Sequence record: MK250017.1
Direction: 5' to 3' (one strand)
Length of the DNA: 64,000 nt
How positions within the stretch are numbered: position 1 is the first letter of the stretch; each line of letters begins with the position of its first letter. Below are positions 45,390 through 56,398 of this stretch, in pieces. Below the pieces are notes generated by a model. The model saw only the letters and a list, made by a program, of their open reading frames with translations. It did no database searches and was not told the DNA's origin. A program made the position numbers and the translations under genes.

Positions 45390-47006
45390 ATGGAAGAAAG
45401 TAATCTTATTAATAATGATAATATATATAATACTGATATGAGTACATCATAGTCTACTATTGGTGGAAATGCAACCACAAATAATAAATTTAATAAAGAT
45501 GATTTATAGGAAGTTACAGGTGGAGGAGGTGGAGGTATTGTTACACCACCAACTACAATAGTTGATGGATCTGAAACATCATAGACGACAGGATCTTTAA
45601 GACCTATATTATTAATATTAGGTGATGGTACATCTATAGATGAAGAACCAGTTTTGCTTGAAGAAGATGGAGACACAACATATAAAGCTGTTATAAATTT
45701 AGATTTGGAATCTGATATACCTATCATTACATTTAAAAGTGAAGCATCGAGCAAGTGTGATGCAAATTATGTAATTGCTGTTACAGAATCAGATAAAAAT
45801 ATACCTGTTAGTTATAACTCAAAAAATTTGAGTACAACATTTACTAATGATGGTAATAATTGGTGTAGTGTTGAATTTAAAAATCCATTAGAGGTAACAT
45901 TTCCAAATAAAAATTTAACAGCTGATAATTTCCATGATAATTCTAAAATAATTGTGCCTGTTATATCATGTAAAGAAAATACAGGAGCAGAAAGAAATAC
46001 AGTAATAACATTTAATATTGGAAATTTTTCTATATTACATAATATACAAATGAATGTTATATAGAGTGCATATTCAGGAGAAATTACAGCAGGACCTTGT
46101 GTATTAAAATATGTAAGTGGTGAAGGTAAAGATAACAAAACATATAAATATAAAATATTAACTAATAACACATATTATATATTTAAAAATAATGGAAGTA
46201 GTTATATATATGAAAATGAAAATGATAGAGATGCTAATAATGTAGGAAAATTTTTTTTATGTTTTGGTATTGTTGATTAGAATGGTAATATATATGATAA
46301 TTTACCAAAGGATTTTAATGAATTAACAAATAATTATACGAATTTAATAACATTATCAAAAACAAATTATAAATTATAGTTAATATATCAAACAGAAGTG
46401 TATAGAGTTGGAACTGCTGCAATAATGGAGATTGATATACCAAATGATGCGAAACTTTAGGATGTAATTACTTTTAGTTATAATAATAAACAATTTATGA
46501 CACTTAAATATGGACATTAGGATTAGGAAAATACAATAATTGCAAGGGCAAAATGGTATGATTCAACTAGTCCTATTACCGATGGTAGTTTATATTTTTT
46601 AACAAGTAAAAACGTTAAAAAAGAAATATGGTATAGTGGCACACCTTTATAGTCTTATATGACTCAAGATAATATTATATTTTTAATAGATAATAAATAT
46701 CAAATAAATACAAATAGCAAAATATTAAGTAATGTATTAACTGAATATAACTTAGAAAATAACGGTGGTTATGATTTTAATTCCTATATGAATTGTAACG
46801 TTATAGATATTTCTGATATAATAAATGATGTAGATGGAAACCATGTATATTTAAAAGATATAGAAAATGGTGAGCCTTTTATAAATTTTAAAATATATAT
46901 TTATACACGAAATAATTAGAATGAATATATTTATTTAGGGTATATAGCAATGGGAGAAACATATAATGAAAGTGAAGCATTTATTGGTTTTTTTGATAAA
47001 AAATAA
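45390..47006 (+). CDS. 538-aa TAG-recoded beta-rich protein with BACON-like segment (putative tail/adhesin)
   Basis: Single frame with TAG=Gln; GGGGGG linker; CKENTGAERNTVITF resembles the BACON N..R pattern. Confidence 0.6.
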
Positions 47007-47086
47007 TAACTTATAATTACGTCATTTAATTTACAGTATTTCATTTTTTAACGTAGATATATAAATTTATAGATAATTTATATATT

Positions 47087-48157
47087 ATGGAAACAGAAAA
47101 ATATTATGGTCTTGGTCTTGACTTAGAAACAACAAAGAAAGATTCATCTATTATAGATTGTGAACTTCCTGGTAAATTACCAGAAAATCCATCGCTAAAT
47201 ACTACGAATACATCTCTTTTAAATAAAGCAAGTACAATAAGTAATTATACAAAACTTGTAGATTGTCCAAAAGAATTTACATTAACTAAACATAATGATG
47301 CAATAACAGATAGTTCATTATAGGTAATAGAACAAAACTTATCTTTTAATGGTAACACTAACGTATCATATAATTATAGTATATCAATAGGTACAGGTCT
47401 ATTAATAGGCACAAGAAAAGATGTTTATCTTGGATATGAAGATATAAATAAAATATTTAACGGAAATTTAAGTTCTGTAATGACTGCATATAGTGCTACA
47501 TTAGATTCAGATGTTACAGGATGTTCAGCAAAGTTATCAAGAGCGGATACTACAGGTGCTTCAATTAAATATAGTTTAAATAAATGTACTAAAGATAGAA
47601 TTATTACATTTAGCTATAAGAATACTCCTATATTTAAAATTAATTAGACTTATGAAAAAAAGGAGATATATCAAACTTTTTATATATTTTCAATTTCTAG
47701 TATAGGAATTGGTAATAGTTTTGCATTATTTGAAAATAATAATGTGCTTCCTAATTCGTTTGATATGAATTAGACTAACAAAATTCGTATGTATATGGGT
47801 AATGGCGTTACCCAAACTAATGGAATCATATTATTTTATTTTTGTAACACTTCATATGTACTAACTTTTATAACTGTAGAAGAATTAATAAATAGTGGAA
47901 AATTAACGCATTTACAAGGACATGATTATTTAAATACTGAGTATAACAAATATAAGAGTTTATCACTAAATAAGGTAGATAGTATAAATTCATACAATAG
48001 TTATAATTTTAGTACAATATAGGCAACATTATCCATGAAAATATCGATATTTATATCACGTGAAAGCGGGTTATATAGAATTCCAGATTATATATAGTTT
48101 AGTAATACAGATAATGCAAATCATGTTGGTGTATATAAGTATATAATATCAAATTAA
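47087..48157 (+). CDS. 356-aa TAG-recoded beta-rich protein with BACON-like segment
   Basis: Track ORFs 47087..47323 and 47789..48022 joined via TAG; LNKCTKDRIITFSYK..FKINQ. Confidence 0.6.
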
Positions 48158-48160
48158 TAT

Positions 48161-48198
48161 AAAAGAGAGTTAGATAATCAAAAATCTAATTCTCTTTT
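48161..48198. terminator. Intrinsic terminator-like hairpin
   Basis: AAAAGAGAGTTAGAT...ATCTAATTCTCTTTT. Confidence 0.7.
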
Positions 48199-48213
48199 TT
48201 ATTTTTATAACTT

Positions 48214-48235
48214 NNNNNNNNNNNNNNNNNNNNNN
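48214..48235. other. Assembly gap (N run)
   Basis: 22 N. Confidence 0.99.
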
Positions 48236-48259
48236 ATAGTAAAGTATATAAAGCAAGAA

Positions 48260-50188
48260 ATGCAATACATGATAGAATCAATAAAATCAAATATATTAGA
48301 TTGGGTTGAAAATAATATAGGTTTAGATTTTTCATTCAGAAAATATCAGCTTGAATCTATAATGTTTATTATCAAAAGTATATTAAATGATAACAGAGAA
48401 ACTTCTATAATTGAAGCTCCAACAGGTTCAGGTAAATCACTTATATGTATTATATGTGCAGGTGTATTGTCAAAATATTATCATAAATCATCATATATAC
48501 TTTGTTCAGATCTTTTTCTCTGGCAGCAATATGCGGATTTTATTGATAAAATGTCATTATATGAATTTGGTTATATAAAGGGTGCAATAGGAAATTATAC
48601 ATGTTTTGTTAATAAGCAAGATCTCAGTTGTGGACGTTGTAAACTCGCAAAAGTTTCATATGGACAGTTAAGAGATAAGAATTGGAGAGAGCGTAATATG
48701 TTTACATGTGTTGAACGATGTAAATATATGCAAGACAGATTCCGTGCGGAACGTTCTAATGTTACACTTATGACATATCAGTTATGGCTTCATCATATGA
48801 ATCTTGTAAATCAAAAAGCAGGAACAAATCATCCATTTCCAAAGCGTGATGTTGTTTTTTGTGATGAGTGTCATAATATTCCTGATCTAGTTCAACAATT
48901 CTGTTCACCAACACTTCGAGATCAATCTCATACAAAGAAATTAATGGATATTCTTGATTATGCAGAACAACATAATATTGAAATGAAAACGCTTTCATCT
49001 GATATAATATATGATGAATTTTTTAAACCAGAATATTTAACACAATTATTAAATGAAAATAAAAAACTTGATACACACTATACATCTATATTTGATAACG
49101 ATAATATTAAAGACCGGTTGGATGTGGTATTTACTGGTCTTAATTACTATCATGATGATGCGGAACAAATTATAACATTACTTAAATTATTCCGAAATAT
49201 TCTTACTATTGTTGCAAATGTTAATTCATCATTAGAAGATGAAATTCAACATGAATCATTATTCAATACAAAGAATATGGATAAAGATATGGAAACATTG
49301 TCAAAAAGATTAACATGGTTCCATACATTTGGAAATTCATTTGAAGATTTCATGGAAGCAATTAAAAAGTCAGGAACTGAATATATGTTAATGGAAGTTA
49401 ATGTTAATCCAGAAACACATGAAAGAACATATCAGTTTAATTGTGCAAAAGAAGATTATCTTTGTAATGAATACCTATTATCACATGCAAATAATAAAGT
49501 TCTTTTGTCTGCTACCGTGGGATCTCATCATGCATTTGATGAGAATATAGGAACTAAATATACAAAACAACATGAATCTTTTTTCTCAAAGATTCCATCT
49601 ACATTTGATTTCAGTAAATCTCCTATATATTATATTCCTAAATATAAAATGAATTATGCAAATAAAGCTCATGATTTTCCAATGATTCAACAAATGGCAG
49701 CAAAAATTATAAATGCGCATAATCAATATAGAGGAATTATTCATACAGGTTCATATGAAAATGCAAGACTTTTTTATAATAGTGTTCCATATGAAGTAAG
49801 AAAACGGTTATTCCTTTATGGTACACCAAAACAAAAAGAAGAAATAATACCGGATTTTAAAAAATCAACTAATGGTATTTTAGTTGGTCCAACATTAACG
49901 GAAGGTATTGATCTTCCAGATGATTATTGTAGATTTATTATATTGATGAAAGTACCATATCCAAATATTACAAGTAAAATTGTAAAAAAGAAATTAGAAT
50001 TATTCCCATTATGGTATAATTGTACTACAAGTAATATTATTATACAAAGTATAGGTAGAGGCGTCAGAAATGAACATGATTACTGTACAACATATATATT
50101 AGATGGATGTTTTGGTAATTTATATCAACAAACAAAAGAACAATATTCTCCAGAACTTCAAAATAGAATAAAAATAATTTATGCATAA
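48260..50188 (+). CDS. DinG/Rad3-family SF2 helicase
   Basis: EAPTGSGKS, CDECH, LSAT, EGIDLPDD.CR, KVPYP, QSIGRGVR..DYC..YILD; Cys cluster compatible with Fe-S domain. Confidence 0.9.
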   Translation: MQYMIESIKSNILDWVENNIGLDFSFRKYQLESIMFIIKSILNDNRETSIIEAPTGSGKSLICIICAGVLSKYYHKSSYILCSDLFLWQQYADFIDKMSLYEFGYIKGAIGNYTCFVNKQDLSCGRCKLAKVSYGQLRDKNWRERNMFTCVERCKYMQDRFRAERSNVTLMTYQLWLHHMNLVNQKAGTNHPFPKRDVVFCDECHNIPDLVQQFCSPTLRDQSHTKKLMDILDYAEQHNIEMKTLSSDIIYDEFFKPEYLTQLLNENKKLDTHYTSIFDNDNIKDRLDVVFTGLNYYHDDAEQIITLLKLFRNILTIVANVNSSLEDEIQHESLFNTKNMDKDMETLSKRLTWFHTFGNSFEDFMEAIKKSGTEYMLMEVNVNPETHERTYQFNCAKEDYLCNEYLLSHANNKVLLSATVGSHHAFDENIGTKYTKQHESFFSKIPSTFDFSKSPIYYIPKYKMNYANKAHDFPMIQQMAAKIINAHNQYRGIIHTGSYENARLFYNSVPYEVRKRLFLYGTPKQKEEIIPDFKKSTNGILVGPTLTEGIDLPDDYCRFIILMKVPYPNITSKIVKKKLELFPLWYNCTTSNIIIQSIGRGVRNEHDYCTTYILDGCFGNLYQQTKEQYSPELQNRIKIIYA

Positions 50189-50522
50189 TCAAGAACTTTA
50201 TTTAAAGAATTCAGGATTATTATTTGCACATAAGTTTGAAAGAGTTGTTCATGGTGGTAGAGGAGATTATGTTGAATTTACATATGAACAAATTCTTCCA
50301 AACCTTTATTATAAATTTGATGAAGACCACATGGAATTTGATATAAATAATTTTGACAAATATACAGGCTTTTATTACCATTGGTTATATCCTTTATTTG
50401 ATACTGAAACAAAAGTATATTTTCAGTTAAAAACTGTCAAATACGCTGATTATAAATTATATCATTTTTATGTAAGTCCAGATTTATTCATAAATTTTAA
50501 AGATCCCCAAAGTTTATTTTAA
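50181..50522 (+). CDS. Hypothetical protein
   Basis: 113-aa ORF, RVVHGGRGDYVEF motif. Confidence 0.7.
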   Translation: MHNQELYLKNSGLLFAHKFERVVHGGRGDYVEFTYEQILPNLYYKFDEDHMEFDINNFDKYTGFYYHWLYPLFDTETKVYFQLKTVKYADYKLYHFYVSPDLFINFKDPQSLF

Positions 50523-50525
50523 AAT

Positions 50526-51488
50526 ATGATGGAATAGAATAAAAATAAGAAAAAGATATTAATATTACTGATGTCATGTAATATAGAATTCTTTTAGAAA
50601 GAAGAAGAACTTTGTAAACAAACATGGCTTTCTAATATTGATTAGTATGATAATATAGATTATTTTATATATACAGCATCAGACAATGATAAATGTTATA
50701 TAAATACAGACAATCATAAAATAAAAGTTCCAACTAATGATGATTTGTATTCAACATTATCAAAAACATTATTAACATTACAAGTATTAGAACAAATACA
50801 AATATTATAGAATTATGATTATATATTCAGAACAAATTTATCTACTTATATAAATATTTCTTTATTAAATGAATTTGTATAGAATATAAAGGATGATAAT
50901 ATTACATATGCAACTGAATGTTATATAACAAAAGAACAAGGACCATATAAGTATTGTATATTTCCATAGGGTAATGGTACATTATTATCTCGTAAATTAT
51001 ATAAATAATTTACGTTTGATAATTTCTACAGATATATGGAAATGTATAAAGATATTTATAAACCGGATGTAACAGCAAGCATTGATGATAATGGTATGGG
51101 ATTTATTTTAACATGTTATTATTTGGAAAACAAGTTTGATATATTTGACATGTTTTAGGAATTTGGTTTTGTTAGACCTGAATATCTGTATGAACCAGAT
51201 CCATATTATGATAATATAAATGATTTTAATAAATGTATAGCAATTTCATATAGAGTTTTTAAAAATAGAAATTTATAGAATGAATCTGATAACTGTATGT
51301 ATATTCACAGGAATATAAAATACGATAATACAGATTTATCATTTATAAATAAATGGTTATAGAAAGATATGATTCATCTTGTTGTTACATATTTAATTGA
51401 TGATATTATTACAAAACAAGATGCATTAAATATTCTTAAATATAATAAAGATTTTAGAAATATACCATATATTAAATATGAAAGATAA
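50526..51488 (+). CDS. GT31/galactosyltransferase-like glycosyltransferase (320 aa, TAG-rich)
   Basis: ILILLMSC, QTW, DDLYSTLSKT, YDYIFRTNLSTYIN, GNG, IDD; missed by track. Confidence 0.65.
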
Positions 51489-52425
51489 GAAAATAATTAT
51501 ATTGTCAATGTGCTGTAATTAGGAATTATTTCAGTAGTAGGAATATAGATTACGCACAGAATTATATGCAAAAGACATTTTAAATCATAAATTTAAAAAT
51601 GTTGATTATTGGACATATACGGCATCTACAGATGGTAAATATCATGTAAATAAAAAATTACATAAGATAGAAGTTCCAACAGATGATTCATTAAATGGAA
51701 CATATGAAAAAACATATCAAACATTTAAATTATTAAAACAACTTAATTTAGATTATGATTATATATTAAGAACTAATTGTTCAACATACATAAATGTTAA
51801 TTTGTTAAAAAGTTTTGTTAATCGATTAACAGATGAACGAATAATTTATTCTAATAATGTATATTGCACAAAAGATGGTTCAGGTCCATATGAGTGGAGT
51901 TTATATGGTGTTGGCAATTCATTATTATTATCAAAATTTTGGATTAACATTATATTAAATAATCATATATCTAAGATTAAAAATATTAATGAAAATAAAG
52001 CAAGTAAAAGTGCAATATTTGAAATTGATGATAATGCTATAGGTTTTACAGTAAATTGTTATTGTCTTCAACATAATTATGATGTATGTTTTATATGGCA
52101 GTCATGGAAATCACCATTGCCTAATGTTGATATTAATAATGCGGGTGATTATATTGCAATACCGTTTAGAGAATATAATAAAGCAAAAACAAGAGATAAT
52201 GAGTATGATAAATCATTATATATACATAAGTAGATAACAGAAAATAATGGTATATATGATGATGATTATATAAAGAGTTTAACAGAAAATCAATACATGC
52301 ATATATTAGATTTTGATTAGAATATGCATTCTATAGTAACTAAAGAGTTCTGTAAGAATTTTATGGATGTCGTTTATTTTCCATATTATTTAAAAAACAT
52401 AAAAAAGCAAATGAATAAAAAATAA
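51478..52425 (+). CDS. GT31/galactosyltransferase-like glycosyltransferase (315 aa, TAG-rich)
   Basis: IIILSMCC, DDSLNGTYEKT, YDYILRTNCSTYIN, GNS, IDD; contains CAG TAG TAG. Confidence 0.65.
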
Positions 52426-52429
52426 AGAT

Positions 52430-52639
52430 ATGGTAGATTTAGAATACGTTAAAGGAAATGTACGTGAAGGATGGATGTTGAATCCAAATGAAAAAATTGT
52501 AAATGGAATTATTAAAGGTATTAATCGTTGTAATGGTGATTGCCCTTGTAATAATGATTCTGAGGAAAAACATTGTCCATGTTCTAATTATAGAACAAAA
52601 GATAAATGTTGTTGTAAATTATATGTTAAACAAGATTAA
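52430..52639 (+). CDS. Ferredoxin-thioredoxin reductase catalytic-subunit-like protein
   Basis: GWMLNPN, CPC...CPC...CCCKLYVK. Confidence 0.75.
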   Translation: MVDLEYVKGNVREGWMLNPNEKIVNGIIKGINRCNGDCPCNNDSEEKHCPCSNYRTKDKCCCKLYVKQD

Positions 52640-52650
52640 TTTAATTTATT

Positions 52651-53367
52651 ATGGCTAAACATACAATAGATATTATAGAAGGAGTAAAGAATTTTTCACA
52701 AATGAAATTATTTACTATTAATAATTCATCAGAAGAAAATATTTCTTTTTCAAACGATGGATTATATCCTTGTATTAAAGTAACAAAGGAAGAAGTTCAG
52801 AAATATATCGAGCAGAATAAATTTTATTATATTCATACATATGGTGAAATTTATAATTTAACAGATGATATTTATGGAACTATTCTTGTTTATAATAAAG
52901 AAGATAATTGTTATAATATTGGTATTATTAATATGTCGTCTGATATTGGTATGAAAGGTGATGTTATTACTTTTATCAATTTAACAAAGAGGATTAATAG
53001 TGATAATGAATATTGGACACCGAAATATTGTTTTTATAATTATGAAAAATTTCATAATTACCAGACAACATTAATGTATCTTTTTGATACACGAAAAGAA
53101 TCGGCAGAAGATTTATTGTTGGATATTATTCAAAAATATAAATTTAAACTTTCTAAAGAAAAAGCGAATGTCATTACATTAAATAATAAAGAACTATATC
53201 AACAGAAATTTGATAAATTATTTAATGAACGTGTAGAAGAACTTAAAAAAGAAATTGAATCTATACTTAATAATGAAAAGCAAAAATCTGAAAGTGAAAT
53301 AACCAAATTAACTGAAAAGATTACATATACACAGGAAGATTTAAATAAGGTTAGAGAATGGAATTAA
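52651..53367 (+). CDS. Hypothetical protein with C-terminal coiled coil
   Basis: 238-aa ORF. Confidence 0.7.
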   Translation: MAKHTIDIIEGVKNFSQMKLFTINNSSEENISFSNDGLYPCIKVTKEEVQKYIEQNKFYYIHTYGEIYNLTDDIYGTILVYNKEDNCYNIGIINMSSDIGMKGDVITFINLTKRINSDNEYWTPKYCFYNYEKFHNYQTTLMYLFDTRKESAEDLLLDIIQKYKFKLSKEKANVITLNNKELYQQKFDKLFNERVEELKKEIESILNNEKQKSESEITKLTEKITYTQEDLNKVREWN

Positions 53368-53900
53368 TCAGTTATGAAGATTTTAAACAACATGAATCTA
53401 AGTCAGTATATGCTGTTATATATTCATCAATATTAAATAATGGTATTTTACCATTAGCAGAAGAACTTTCATCAAAGGAAATAGATAATTTAACAGATAT
53501 ATTTAATGATGATAATATAAAACCGGTTAAATTTACTCTGGTAAAAACAAGTAACATATTACCATCTAATAATTTATTCATTAAATATATGTTACAACCT
53601 ATTGATAATAATTGGAATAATCCTAATATTCCATATATTTTTTATCGAGAATGTAAAGATAATCCTTTAGTATTTGCAATAATATATAATATAGAAGATC
53701 AAACATTGAAATATTCAGTCCCTTATGGAAATAATAGGAATATCCATATGTTTTCTACTTTGGAAGAATGTAATGATTATATAACTAAATGTAAGGAAAT
53801 TATTATACATAATTTATTATCATATTATAAAACGAAGATTTCACAGTATACTACTACTGTAAATAAAATTGAGTCAAAAATTGATGATTTTTTATCATAA
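53358..53900 (+). CDS. Hypothetical protein
   Basis: 180-aa ORF. Confidence 0.7.
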   Translation: MELISYEDFKQHESKSVYAVIYSSILNNGILPLAEELSSKEIDNLTDIFNDDNIKPVKFTLVKTSNILPSNNLFIKYMLQPIDNNWNNPNIPYIFYRECKDNPLVFAIIYNIEDQTLKYSVPYGNNRNIHMFSTLEECNDYITKCKEIIIHNLLSYYKTKISQYTTTVNKIESKIDDFLS

Positions 53901-54032
53901 TTTATCAAATATTTATATTATTTTTTAATTAATTTTGAGGTTTTATTAAAATTAGCCAATATTTTAATAAAACCTTAATTTTAATATATACATATTTAAA
54001 TTAGATAAATAATAAAAATGATTTTTAATTGA

Positions 54033-54305
54033 ATGGAACCAAAAAAACATAGTTCACGCGATGGTTTAAGTGTTGTTGATGTTAATGATACACCAGAAGA
54101 CGTATATATGGATTCTTTTTTAGAAGATGGTGATGACGGTTTCGTAGAAAATATAGAACCAGATAAAATGCCAACAGAAGATTTACGAATTGAAGCGCTT
54201 AAACGTGCGATAGATATTGCAAAATTAATGAGTAACGTAACAACTCAAGACGTTATTAATATTGCAGCTAAGATTGCTGATTATATCAGTAATACATAGA
54301 TTTAA
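54033..54305 (+). CDS. Acidic MSNVTT-motif protein A
   Basis: DLRIEALKRAIDIAKLMSNVTTQDVINIAAKIADYI; ends TAG ATT TAA. Confidence 0.7.
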
Positions 54306-54330
54306 AAATAATATATTTAAGTTATATAAT

Positions 54331-54717
54331 ATGAATACAACTACATTAAAAGAAAGATTAGGTCTTGATGAAGAAGCCGTATTTGAAGATGGTGTAACAG
54401 CAACAGATGACGGTATGACTGATGAAGAACTTAAGATTGAATCATTGAAAATTGCAACTAATATAGGTAAACTTATGAGCAATGTAACAACAGAAGATAT
54501 TGTAAGTATTGCAGAAACAGTTGCTAAATTTATTAAGGGTGGTGAAGGTGCTTCACTTGAAACTACAAATGATGATAGTTCATCAGATGAAGATAATGGT
54601 GAAACAGAAGAAGACTTTAACACTGAAGATGAAGAAACACCAGAAGAAACACCAGAAGAAACAGATGAAGGAACATCTCCTGCAGCTGGTGAAGATGAAG
54701 AAGATTTTGAAATTTAA
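54331..54717 (+). CDS. Acidic MSNVTT-motif protein B
   Basis: ELKIESLKIATNIGKLMSNVTTEDIVSIAETVAKFI plus very acidic tail. Confidence 0.75.
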   Translation: MNTTTLKERLGLDEEAVFEDGVTATDDGMTDEELKIESLKIATNIGKLMSNVTTEDIVSIAETVAKFIKGGEGASLETTNDDSSSDEDNGETEEDFNTEDEETPEETPEETDEGTSPAAGEDEEDFEI

Positions 54718-54839
54718 TAATATAGGAATAACAATATTTAGCGATTTTGTTATTCCTTTTATTTTTATCATAAATAGACTTTATTTATATTTGGATATAT
54801 AAACTTTAAATATTCATAAAACTAAAAAGAAATAAAGTT

Positions 54840-55349
54840 ATGACAGAAGTAAATGTTAATGGATCTATTGATCTTAATGTAAATCGTGGTAAGAGAGTGA
54901 ATAATAATCAGCGTCCGCGTTTCAAGAAGGATGAGCACAAGCCACGTGTAAAGACAGATGAAGAGTATATTGCTCAGCTTAATGCAGCAATGCAGAAGGC
55001 AGGTGGACGTTATGTAAAATTTGATAATGTAGATCATACAGAAGGACTTATGGTTGCAGGTGTGCAGTCAAATGATGGAAAGTATATGTTTGCTGTAGTA
55101 GATCGAGATCGTCATGTTCAGCTTGTAGGAAATAATGAACATTTTTCAGTGATTCGTAATGTACCTGCAAGTCTTTATGTACTTGATTATCTTTATCACC
55201 GTGAATCAGCAACTTTACATGAGATGGTAACAAATACATTTGATATTGATAATACAAAACTTATCACAAAGCTATATATCAATGTACATAAGAAAACTAC
55301 TAAGACTAATAAGAAAGTAAAGAATACTAAGAAGAACACAAAGAAGTAA
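54840..55349 (+). CDS. Hypothetical protein with Lys-rich C-terminus, highly expressed codon bias
   Basis: 169-aa ORF. Confidence 0.75.
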   Translation: MTEVNVNGSIDLNVNRGKRVNNNQRPRFKKDEHKPRVKTDEEYIAQLNAAMQKAGGRYVKFDNVDHTEGLMVAGVQSNDGKYMFAVVDRDRHVQLVGNNEHFSVIRNVPASLYVLDYLYHRESATLHEMVTNTFDIDNTKLITKLYINVHKKTTKTNKKVKNTKKNTKK

Positions 55350-55383
55350 GTATCAATAGATTTAATTATTTTACTTCTAATAT

Positions 55384-55416
55384 AGAGATATAATTCAGTA
55401 TATGAGTTATATCTCT
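55384..55416. terminator. Intrinsic terminator-like hairpin
   Basis: AGAGATATAATTCA-GTATA-TGAGTTATATCTCT plus T tract. Confidence 0.7.
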
Positions 55417-55480
55417 TTTTATTTTATAAACTTATACTTTATTTTTAAATATAATATTTAAATATTTAATTGTACAAAAA

Positions 55481-55879
55481 ATGAAAGAACTAAATTCATT
55501 CAAAGAATTATTTACATGGAATAAAGAAGAACAGCAAGATTTAGAATTTGAAAATTTGAATCTTGTAACTGCTGTTTATTCTGCTAAACGTATAGAAATG
55601 TTAAGGGATGAATTTAAAAGTACTTATAAGAAACTTACAGATTTATTAGATATTAGGAAATCTGATAAATTACTCAAAGACAGAATAAAAGAATTTAATG
55701 CAGAACAATGGATACAACATGTATATTCATATATGAATGCATCTGTTAGAAAATATGAAGATTTAACATATGCAATAAATTTTCATAATATATTATTTCC
55801 GGATGAACCTGCATTAGGATTAACAGAAGATGAAATTAAGATTATAAATCAAATAAAAGGTATAGAAATAATCATATAA
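55481..55879 (+). CDS. Hypothetical protein
   Basis: 132-aa ORF. Confidence 0.7.
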   Translation: MKELNSFKELFTWNKEEQQDLEFENLNLVTAVYSAKRIEMLRDEFKSTYKKLTDLLDIRKSDKLLKDRIKEFNAEQWIQHVYSYMNASVRKYEDLTYAINFHNILFPDEPALGLTEDEIKIINQIKGIEIII

Positions 55880-55882
55880 AAT

Positions 55883-55914
55883 GGGGATTACTTGGTGTGC
55901 TGTCAGTAATCCCC
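55883..55914. terminator. Hairpin between convergent genes
   Basis: GGGGATTACT...AGTAATCCCC. Confidence 0.65.
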
Positions 55915-55935
55915 CTGTGCTTGTTTAATAGTTAT

Positions 55936-56325
55936 TTAAAATATGCAGTGAAGTAAACTGCCGATGCAGATTACCAATGTATACTTTAACATGTCCTTAT
56001 GATCGCATACATCACAAGTTTCTGCTTGCATATGATGTACATAACAAGACTGTACAATCATTGCTAATATTGAGAATGTAAAACCACATAAAATAGAAAT
56101 TAAAAACCATGCAATAAACATGATAGAATTTCCATTATTTGTTTTTACATCATTCCAAACTTCTTTGAGGATTTCCCATAGATACAATCCAAAAGTTACG
56201 AAGAACTTTTTTACTGATTCAAATGTTAAACCTTTAAAAAAGTTTACTAGATTAATAAATGAACTTAACATATTAGATAATAAATAACTATTTTTAGGAA
56301 GTATAATAATTTGTTTATTATACAT
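55936..56325 (-). CDS. Membrane protein
   Basis: Several hydrophobic segments, CDVC. Confidence 0.6.
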   Translation of the reverse strand: MYNKQIIILPKNSYLLSNMLSSFINLVNFFKGLTFESVKKFFVTFGLYLWEILKEVWNDVKTNNGNSIMFIAWFLISILCGFTFSILAMIVQSCYVHHMQAETCDVCDHKDMLKYTLVICIGSLLHCIF

Positions 56326-56398
56326 ATATATTTATTATAGACAAAATTAGAACTTTATTATACAAACATAAGTAAAGACAGATTAGAATATAAAAAAT

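Noticed and set aside
45500-45560. GGTGGAGGAGGTGGAGGT GC-rich stretch
   Set aside because: Simply encodes a poly-Gly linker in the recoded 45390 gene
48260-50188. DinG helicase as part of a type IV CRISPR system
   Set aside because: No cas genes or array in the window; stand-alone DinG-like helicases are common in large phages
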